NCBI GenBank assembly: GCA_031425855.1
Contig: JANPKC010000131.1
Span: forward strand, 1-31,170
Reading direction: 5' to 3'
From: Actinomycetes bacterium
GTDB taxonomy: Bacteria > Actinomycetota > Thermoleophilia > Gaiellales > Gaiellaceae
Length of the DNA stretch: 31,170 bases
Position 1 is the stretch's first letter, and each line of letters opens with the position of its first letter. The notes below the pieces were generated by a model, which saw only the letters and a list, made by a program, of their open reading frames with translations, was not told where the DNA came from and made no database searches. A program made the position numbers and the translations under genes. Positions 1 through 6,381 of the stretch are shown here, piece after piece.

Positions 1-1434
1 GACGAGCGCGTCGATGTCCGCGAGATCGGTCACCTGGGGCCAGTCGCCCGACCGGGCCGCGACCGGAACGATCAGGTGCCCGTAGCGGGCACGGATCCGC
101 TCGTGCTCGTCCCCTTCCTCCCGTCGGCTCCGGGCGGCAAGAGCGAGCCCGCCGAGCAGGAGCAGCACCGCGATCCCGAGCAGCGAGACACGGCGTGCCG
201 TCGCGACGGAGAGCGAGAGCGCGCCGACGGAGACCTTTGCGGGCGCGACACGGGTGCCGCTGCCGGCCTCGCGCGGCGCGAGCGGGCCGACTCCTTCGCC
301 GGCCTCGAGGTTCGGCTGCAGGCGGAGATCGCCGAGGTCGAACGAGAGCGCCGGAGCGAACGTGGCGTCGACCGCTTCGCGCCCGACCCTGCCCGCGACC
401 TCGACCCGCGGCAGCACCGCGACGGTGTACGCCGTCTGGCCGGAGCCGGTGAGCTCGCGCACGTCCTCGACGATCCGCTCGATCCTGGCGAGGTCGAGGA
501 CGCCCGAGACCGTCGAGCCACCCTCGGCGAACGGGCGCTCGAGCGCCAGCGGCAGCACCCGCTCCCAGCCTCGGCCGTCGCTGAGCCGCGCGTCGAGCGC
601 GATCCTGCCGCCCGCGTCGACGGGCAGCTCCGACTCGAGCCGGTAGCTGAAGGACACGCGCAGGCGGGGAACGAGACGCAGGAAGACGGGCTCGCCCGTG
701 CTCACCTGGCCGTCGGGATACGCGGCGTTCCGGGACACGCGCGCCTCGTACTCGAACCGGCCCTGGTGCGCGTAGGCCGCCTCGACGGTCTCTGTCCCGG
801 TCAGCGGGCGGCCGAAGGAGATGGCCGCAAGCGCGATGCAGGCGAGCGCCGCCGCCGCGAGGCCGGTGAGGAGAGGCTTCAGCTCGTCCCGCACGGCGCG
901 CGAAGGTCGCGGGGTCGGGGCGACCCGCGGCTTCGGAGCAGCCAGACGGCCGCCTCGCCGAACGGCCGCACCGGCGCCGAGGCCGCCGCCGAGCGCGATC
1001 AGCGTCACGAGCCCGACGAGGAGAGCGCTGTGCAGGGGCTGGCGCAGCCACTCGGTGACTCGTCCGACGGCGGGCGCGGTCACCCAGAGGCTGCCGACGA
1101 TCTGCTCCTCGGTCGGGCGCTCGGCGTCGAGGAAGCTGTTGTTGTCGCCCTTGAGCACGTAGCGGCTGCCGTCGACGCCGACGATCCGGTGCAGCACCTT
1201 CGAGCCGAGCTCGCGGCTGTCGTAGAGGACGACGTCCCCGACGCGGTAGGAGCTGCGCGCCCGGACGACGGCGAGGTCGCCGCGATGGAGCTTCGGCTCC
1301 ATCGAGCTGCCGACGATGATCGCGTACGACGTGCCGCCGCCGACCTGGGCCGGCGCGAAGAACAGCCAGGCGCCGACGAGCGCCACGGCTGCGACGAGGC
1401 CGCTGAGGAGCCCGGTGATGCGTCCCGTGCTCAT
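1..1434 (-). CDS. sipW: SipW-type (Ser-His) signal peptidase I fused to a large membrane-anchored C-terminal region (DUF5305-like); 3' end runs off the window
   Basis: Translated by hand; absent from the ORF track. Open frame from ATG 1434 (alternative ATG 1440) to position 1: MSTGRITGLLSGLVAAVALVGAWLFFAPAQVGGGTSYAIIVGSSMEPKLHRGDLAVV...GDVVLY...KVLHRIVGV...VLKGDNNSFLD. It has the GSSMEP serine box, HRIV (His rather than Lys) and KGDNN..D boxes of SipW/Sec11-type peptidases. These are followed by two hydrophobic segments, a ~200 aa beta-like domain, another TM segment and RIRARYGHLIVPV. The DUF5305 resemblance is recalled, not searched. Confidence 0.85.
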   Translation of the reverse strand, partial: MSTGRITGLLSGLVAAVALVGAWLFFAPAQVGGGTSYAIIVGSSMEPKLHRGDLAVVRARSSYRVGDVVLYDSRELGSKVLHRIVGVDGSRYVLKGDNNSFLDAERPTEEQIVGSLWVTAPAVGRVTEWLRQPLHSALLVGLVTLIALGGGLGAGAAVRRGGRLAAPKPRVAPTPRPSRAVRDELKPLLTGLAAAALACIALAAISFGRPLTGTETVEAAYAHQGRFEYEARVSRNAAYPDGQVSTGEPVFLRLVPRLRVSFSYRLESELPVDAGGRIALDARLSDGRGWERVLPLALERPFAEGGSTVSGVLDLARIERIVEDVRELTGSGQTAYTVAVLPRVEVAGRVGREAVDATFAPALSFDLGDLRLQPNLEAGEGVGPLAPREAGSGTRVAPAKVSVGALSLSVATARRVSLLGIAVLLLLGGLALAARSRREEGDEHERIRARYGHLIVPVAARSGDWPQVTDLADIDALV

Positions 1435-1499
1435 GTGCATGGAGAGGAGGTGGCCGGGCGAGGCATGGTCGTCCTCGTCCCGGCCGTTCCCGTCGAGCC

Positions 1500-1874
1500 C
1501 TACGAGGTCGCGATCACGGACAGCTGGTCGGCCGTCGTGATGGCGATGTCGGGGCTGAAATCGCAGGTGACGTTGACGCCGCCGGAGATCGTGCAGGAGG
1601 TGTACGTCGTCGAGCCGCTGACGATCTTCGCCTTCGCCGTCGCCGCGTTCGCGTTCAGGGTGAAGGTCATCGAGTCGATGTCGCTGGGAGTGGTCGCGTT
1701 CAGCGTGTAGGCGATCGCCGACACCGTGTAGCCGCTGATCGTGCCGCTGCCCGAGCCTGCGCTCGAGCTGGGAACCGTGTTCGTCGCCGTGAAGGCGTAC
1801 GCGCCTGTCGCCAGGGCTGCCGCCACGACCAGGGCGCCGAGGATCCGGCTCCGTCCGATGAGTGCCTGCTTCAT
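1500..1874 (-). CDS. Secreted Ser/Thr-rich protein with SipW-class signal peptide (TasA/CalY-like fibre subunit candidate)
   Basis: 124 aa. GGAG RBS upstream of the ATG. Basic N-region, hydrophobic core and GAYA|FTATNT resembling the GTWA|AF-type SipW cleavage context. Two C-terminal Cys. Directly upstream of the SipW-like gene. Confidence 0.75.
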   Translation of the reverse strand: MKQALIGRSRILGALVVAAALATGAYAFTATNTVPSSSAGSGSGTISGYTVSAIAYTLNATTPSDIDSMTFTLNANAATAKAKIVSGSTTYTSCTISGGVNVTCDFSPDIAITTADQLSVIATS

Positions 1875-1892
1875 GTCGTGTACTCCAAGTCA

Positions 1893-1953
1893 GGGGAGGG
1901 GGGTCACGCGTTCCGGGTAGGTTTCGGCGGTTTCGGGTGACGGACCCTCCCCC
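1893..1953 (-). promoter_or_regulatory. Imperfect inverted repeat (long hairpin) in the leader of the secreted-protein/sipW operon
   Basis: Minus-strand arms GGGGAGGG-UCC-GUCAC and GUGAC-CC-CCCUCCCC. The loop contains CCGAAAC twice. Confidence 0.5.
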
Positions 1954-1976
1954 GGAAGGGGTACTTTGCGCGGGAT

Positions 1977-3296
1977 CTAGGCCAGGACGCCGGGTAGAGC
2001 CGCGATCAGATCGCTCGCGATCAGGCCTCGCTGCGGCAGGCCGCGCGCGGCGAGGCCGTGAGCCGTGGCGGCGGCGGCTGCGGCGAGGCGGGGCTCGAGC
2101 CCCTTCGCGAGAAATGCGGCCACGATGCCGGTGAGCACGTCGCCGCTGCCGGCGGTCGCGAGCCCCGGCGCCTCGGCCACGGAGACGAGCACACCCGTGC
2201 CCGGCGCCGCGACGATCGTGTCGGCGCCTTTCAGCAGGCAGACGCAGTCGAAGCGCTCGGCGGCCCGCCGCGCCGCCTCCAGCCGGTGCGCGGTCACCCA
2301 GGTCGAGTCCTCGCCGAGCAGCCGCGCCAGCTCGCCGGCATGAGGCGTCAGCACGGCACGCGAGCCCCAGTCTCCCGGCTCGAGCTCGTGGAGCGCGTCG
2401 GCGTCGAGGACGAGCGCGTGCCCGCCCAACCCCAAGAGGTCGCCGCGCAGGCGCTTCGCGGCGTCGTCGCGGCCGAGCCCGGGCCCGATCGCGAGCACGT
2501 CCGCCTTGGCGGCCGCGGCCTCCGCATCGGCCCACGTCAGCTTGACCGGCTCGAGCAGCTTCGCCTCGACGACGGGAAGCGACGGCTCGGGAACGGCGAC
2601 GGCGACGTAGCCGGCATCGGCGCGGAATGCCGCTTCGGCGGCGAGGCACGCGGCGCCTGTCATCCCGGGCGCTCCGCCGACGACGAGCACCGAGCCGGCG
2701 CTGTACTTGCTGTCCTCCGCCCGCTTGCGCGGGACGAGCTGGAGGATCGCCGGCGTCACGAGCGCGTGCTCCGTCTCGCGCTGCTCGAGCCCGATGTCGG
2801 CGACGACGATCTCGCCCGCGTGGAAGAGCCCGGGCGCGACGGCGAGCCCGAGCTTGCGGCCGTGGAACGTCACGGTCAGGCTCGCCTGCACCGCGGCGGC
2901 CGCGATCTCGCCCGTCGATGCGTCGACGCCGGACGGGACGTCGACCGCGACCACGGGCGCCTCGGCCGCGTTGATCCGCTCGATCGTGGCCGCCGCTTCC
3001 TCGCGCGGCTCGCCGAGGAAGCCCGTGCCGAAGAGCGCGTCGACGATCACGTCCGCCTGCTCGACGGCGGTCGTCTCGACCGCGTCGCGGCCCTCCTCGC
3101 GGAGGATGCGGGCCGCGATCCGGCCGTCGCCCCCGTTCGAGCCGCCGCCGCAGACGACCGCGATCCGCCGTGCGTCAGGGAATCGCTGCATCACCTCGCG
3201 CGCGACCGCGGCGCCGGCCCGCTCCATCAGCTCCGACGCGTCGCGGCCCTCCTCCGCGGCACGCGCCTCTACGGCTGTGTAGAGGGACTCACGCAT
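1977..3296 (-). CDS. nnr: Bifunctional NAD(P)H-hydrate epimerase/dehydratase (YjeF family)
   Basis: LMERAG, GGGSNGGDG, IVDALFGTG and VDVPSG in the YjeF_N part; GPGLGR, LDADAL, VLTPHAGE and LATAGSGDVLTG in the carbohydrate-kinase part. Confidence 0.93.
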   Translation of the reverse strand: MRESLYTAVEARAAEEGRDASELMERAGAAVAREVMQRFPDARRIAVVCGGGSNGGDGRIAARILREEGRDAVETTAVEQADVIVDALFGTGFLGEPREEAAATIERINAAEAPVVAVDVPSGVDASTGEIAAAAVQASLTVTFHGRKLGLAVAPGLFHAGEIVVADIGLEQRETEHALVTPAILQLVPRKRAEDSKYSAGSVLVVGGAPGMTGAACLAAEAAFRADAGYVAVAVPEPSLPVVEAKLLEPVKLTWADAEAAAAKADVLAIGPGLGRDDAAKRLRGDLLGLGGHALVLDADALHELEPGDWGSRAVLTPHAGELARLLGEDSTWVTAHRLEAARRAAERFDCVCLLKGADTIVAAPGTGVLVSVAEAPGLATAGSGDVLTGIVAAFLAKGLEPRLAAAAAATAHGLAARGLPQRGLIASDLIAALPGVLA

Positions 3297-3657
3297 CGTC
3301 GACGACGGCGACCGCGGAGGCGAGCTCGCGCGAGTGCGTCATCGAGAGGTCGATCCCGCCGGCCCCGACCCGCTCGGCCCAGGCGGCGACCCGTCCGGAG
3401 AGCCGCACCGACGGCTTCGGCCGCCCGGCGATCTCGATGTCCTTCCACGCGAACGCCCGCGCGACCCCGAAACCGAGCGCCTTCCCGACCGCCTCCTTGC
3501 CCGCGAACCGGCCCGCGTAGCTCTCGGCCGGGTTCTTGCGCGAGTCGCAGTACTCCTGCTCGGCGGCGGTGAAGCAGCGGTCCCTGAAGCCCTGGTAGCG
3601 CTCGAGGGAGCGGCGGACGCGCTCGATCTCGATCAGATCGACGCCGACGCGCGTCAC
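3289..3657 (-). CDS. acpS: Holo-[acyl-carrier-protein] synthase
   Basis: GTG start overlaps the HAD stop (GTGA). Motifs VGVDLIEIERV, FTAAE, AGRFAGKEAVGKALG and LSMTHSRE. Confidence 0.93.
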   Translation of the reverse strand: MTRVGVDLIEIERVRRSLERYQGFRDRCFTAAEQEYCDSRKNPAESYAGRFAGKEAVGKALGFGVARAFAWKDIEIAGRPKPSVRLSGRVAAWAERVGAGGIDLSMTHSRELASAVAVVDDA

Positions 3658-4430
3658 AGCGAGCGGTCGATCCAGTCCGGGACGTTCGCGATCGAGCTCA
3701 GCACCGCGTCGGGCACCGTCGACGAGCGGTCGAGCGCCTCTGGCCTGAACTTGCCCGTCCGGAGCAGGAGCGTCTTCATCCCGAAGAGCTGCGCGCCGCG
3801 AACGTCCTGCTCGAGATCGTCGGTGACCATCCACGTCAGCTCCGGCTCGGCGTCGAGCGCCGCGAGGGCGGCGGCGAAGCACGCGGCGCTCGGCTTCCCG
3901 ATCACGGTCGCCTCGACCCCCGTCGCGTACTCGAGCGCGGCGACGAAGGCGCCGCCGTCCAACATCGGCCCCCGAGCGGTCTGCCACCACGGGTTCTTGT
4001 GCAGGCAGAAGAGGTCGGCGCCCGCCTGGATCTCGGAGAACGCGCGGGCGAGGTTCATGTGGCTGAAGACCTGGTTCGGCTCGGTCGTCTCGTCGCAGCC
4101 GCCGACGAGCACGGCATCTGCGCCCTCGCCGACGAGCTCGATCCCGGCGAGGTCGGGCACGATCGCCGACATGACGAGGCCGTAGACGCGCCGCCCGCCG
4201 AGCTCCTCCGCCGCCGCGACCGGGGTCGTCTGCAGCTCGGAGTCTTCGAGCTCGAGCCCCATCTCCCGCAGCTCGGTCGCCAGCTCGGCCCGGGAGCGCG
4301 TCGAGTTGTTCGTGACGAAGCGGAGCCGGTGCCCGTCGGCGCGCAGGCGGGCGATCGCCTCCACGGCACCCGGGATCGGCTCGCCGGAGACGTGGAGGAC
4401 GCCGTCGACGTCCAGCAGAATGGCGGCCAT
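3654..4430 (-). CDS. HAD-superfamily subfamily IIA hydrolase (LHPP/NagD-like)
   Basis: MAAILLDVDGVL (motif I), FVTNNS (motif II), IGKPS (motif III), MVTDDLEQDVRGA (motif IV) and LRTGKF. Start placed at ATG 4430. Confidence 0.88.
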   Translation of the reverse strand: MAAILLDVDGVLHVSGEPIPGAVEAIARLRADGHRLRFVTNNSTRSRAELATELREMGLELEDSELQTTPVAAAEELGGRRVYGLVMSAIVPDLAGIELVGEGADAVLVGGCDETTEPNQVFSHMNLARAFSEIQAGADLFCLHKNPWWQTARGPMLDGGAFVAALEYATGVEATVIGKPSAACFAAALAALDAEPELTWMVTDDLEQDVRGAQLFGMKTLLLRTGKFRPEALDRSSTVPDAVLSSIANVPDWIDRSL

Positions 4431-4839
4431 GGAGCGGGATGCTATCCGGGTGACACGTTCAGTCCTACTGCCTCTCGCCGAGATCGAGCTGCGCTTCTCG
4501 CGCTCGAGCGGCCCGGGCGGCCAGCACGCGAACACGGCGGAGACACGCGTCGAGGCGATCCTGGACATCGACGCGTCGTCGGCCCTGACCGAGGTGCAGA
4601 AGCGGCGCGTGATCGCGAAGGCGGGGCCGACGCTGCGGGCGGTCGCGCAGGACGAGCGGAGCCAGTGGCGGAACCGCGAGCTCGCGGTCGAGCGACTCGT
4701 CCTGCAGCTGCGCGAGGCGTTGAAGGTGGAGCGCCGCCGGGTTGCGACGAAGCCGACCGCGGCGTCGCGCCAGCGGCGGCTCGACGCGAAGAGACGCCGC
4801 TCCGAGGCGAAGCGCCTGCGCCGACCCCCGTCCGAATAG
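4429..4839 (+). CDS. arfB: Alternative ribosome-rescue peptidyl-tRNA hydrolase (YaeJ/ArfB)
   Basis: FSRSSGPGGQHAN (GGQ), QDERSQWRNRELA and a basic C-terminal tail (RRVATKPT...RRLDAKRRRSEAKRLR). Confidence 0.92.
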   Translation: MERDAIRVTRSVLLPLAEIELRFSRSSGPGGQHANTAETRVEAILDIDASSALTEVQKRRVIAKAGPTLRAVAQDERSQWRNRELAVERLVLQLREALKVERRRVATKPTAASRQRRLDAKRRRSEAKRLRRPPSE

Positions 4840-4840
4840 G

Positions 4841-4903
4841 CCAGAGGGTGTCAGAGACGACTCTGGCACGACTCCGGCTCGTCTCCGAGACGAGTCTGAC
4901 ACC
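4841..4903. repeat. Nested palindromic (REP-like or operator-like) element between arfB and the FDH operon
   Basis: GGTGTCAGA (4847-4855) / TCTGACACC (4895-4903); CTCGTCTC-C-GAGACGAG (4878-4894); CCAGAG (4841-4846) / CTCTGG (4861-4866). Confidence 0.6.
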
Positions 4904-4913
4904 GGTGCGGACG

Positions 4914-4919
4914 TAGACT
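4914..4919 (+). promoter_or_regulatory. Putative -10 box (TAGACT) of a leaderless FDH transcript
   Basis: TAnnnT hexamer 7 nt before GTG 4927; no SD sequence seen. Confidence 0.55.
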
Positions 4920-4926
4920 CGGATTC

Positions 4927-6381
4927 GTGGACGTGCTTCGGCTCGCGAGCCTGCTCGAGGAGCTTCCGCCCGAGCGGACGCGGCTGCTCGACAACCTCGG
5001 CCGCCTGCGCCGCGAGGTGGGCCCGATCACGCCGGAGCTCTCGGACGCGCTGGCCGACCGGATGAACCTGCGCCGCGGCGACGTCCACGAGGTCGTCTCC
5101 TTCTACTCCTTCCTGCAGGTGCCGGTCGACGCCGTCCGCGTCTGCACCGGCCCGGTCTGCGACTGCGCCGGCTCGCGCGACCTGCTCTCCGACGCGTCGG
5201 TGGAGGTGCCCTGCCTCGGCCACTGCGACCTCGCGCCGGTCGTCATGCACGGCGACGACGTCCTCGGCGGCGTCACTCACTCCACGAACGGATTCCTGCT
5301 CGAGCCCGACGACGTCCGCGAGCCGCCGCAGCTGACTCAGGACGAGGTGGTCGCACGGCTCGAAGCCGCCGGCCTGGCCGGGATGGGCGGCGCCGGCTTC
5401 CCGACCTGGCGCAAGTGGGACGCAGTGCGCCGCGAGCCGGGCCCGCGCGTCGTGGTGGTCAACGCCGACGAGGGCGAGCCGGGCACGATCAAGGACCGCT
5501 ACGTGATGGAGCTCCGTCCGCAGCTCCTGCTCGAGGGGCTCGAAGCGGCGATGCGCTTCTGCGAGACCGACGGGGCCCACATCTACCTGCGCGAGGAGTA
5601 CGCCACGTCCCGCGCCTCGCTGCAGGACGCAATCGCGGCGCGCGGGCTGCCCGTGCAGCTCGTGATCGGTGCCGGCGCCTACATCTGCGGCGAGGAGACC
5701 GCGATGCTGGAGTCGATGGAGGGCCGGCGCGGGATGCCGCGGCTGCGGCCGCCGTTCCCGGCCCAGTCCGGCTACCTCGGCCGGCCCACGTTGATCAACA
5801 ACGTCGAGACGCTCGCGCACGTCGCCCTGATCCTCCGCGGCGGCTGGGAGCCGTCGCGGCTCTGGTCCGTCTCCGGCGCCGTCGCGAAGCCCGGTTGCTA
5901 CCAGGCGCCGCTCGACATCACGCTTCGCGAGCTGATCGACGGCTACGCGGGCGGGCTCACCGCCGAGCCCGATTCGAGCGGAATCAGCGCGATCGTCCCG
6001 GGCGGCGCCGCGAGCGGGATCCTGCCGCCGGCCGCGCTCGACACGCCGCTCACCCGCGAGGCACTGGCCGAGTGGGGCTGCGGCGTCGGCTCCGCGGCCG
6101 TCCAGGTCTTCCCCGCGAGCTACTCCCCTGTGCGGCTGCTCGCCGAGACGATGCGCTTCTTCGCCGAGGAGTCGTGCCAGAAGTGCACCCCGTGCCGGAT
6201 CGGCAACCGAGCCCTCCATGCCGTCTTCGAGGGAGAGCGGACGATGACGCAGGCGACGATGGACGAGTGGCTGGAGGCGATGACGCTGACCTCGATCTGC
6301 GGGCTCGGCCAGGCGGCGCCGATCCCGGTCCGGAACGCGCTCCGGCACTGGCCGGAGCTCTTCGACAAGATGTCCGCGTGA
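4927..6381 (+). CDS. NAD-dependent formate dehydrogenase diaphorase subunit: fused NuoE-like [2Fe-2S] and NuoF-like FMN/NAD/[4Fe-4S] domains (FdsG-FdsB-like)
   Basis: CTGPVC...CLGHC (thioredoxin-like 2Fe-2S); GMGGAGFPT, NADEGEPG..KDR, GAGAYICGEETA, NNVET, ESCQKCTPCRIG and SICGLG. Confidence 0.88.
   Translation: MDVLRLASLLEELPPERTRLLDNLGRLRREVGPITPELSDALADRMNLRRGDVHEVVSFYSFLQVPVDAVRVCTGPVCDCAGSRDLLSDASVEVPCLGHCDLAPVVMHGDDVLGGVTHSTNGFLLEPDDVREPPQLTQDEVVARLEAAGLAGMGGAGFPTWRKWDAVRREPGPRVVVVNADEGEPGTIKDRYVMELRPQLLLEGLEAAMRFCETDGAHIYLREEYATSRASLQDAIAARGLPVQLVIGAGAYICGEETAMLESMEGRRGMPRLRPPFPAQSGYLGRPTLINNVETLAHVALILRGGWEPSRLWSVSGAVAKPGCYQAPLDITLRELIDGYAGGLTAEPDSSGISAIVPGGAASGILPPAALDTPLTREALAEWGCGVGSAAVQVFPASYSPVRLLAETMRFFAEESCQKCTPCRIGNRALHAVFEGERTMTQATMDEWLEAMTLTSICGLGQAAPIPVRNALRHWPELFDKMSA

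Noticed and set aside
76-1710. 544-aa plus-strand ORF, and similar long plus-strand ORFs (2058..3572, 12464..15769, 18466..21093, 22048..23616, 23862..25805)
   Set aside because: They are antisense shadows of recognisable minus-strand genes in GC-rich DNA, with no family motifs and Arg/Pro/Gly-biased composition.
1875-2020. c-di-GMP-I riboswitch (GCAAAG at about 1962-1969 on the minus strand)
   Set aside because: The upstream GCAAAC...GNRA stem and the overall two-helix architecture are missing.
3658-3990. N-terminal extensions of acpS, and likewise of HAD, arfB, glmM, rpsI, guaB, pfkB, lysM, hup, roadblock, yihY and rdgB, in the ORF track
   Set aside because: They overlap neighbouring real genes and lack homology-type motifs. 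Starts were moved to coupled or promoter-proximal codons.
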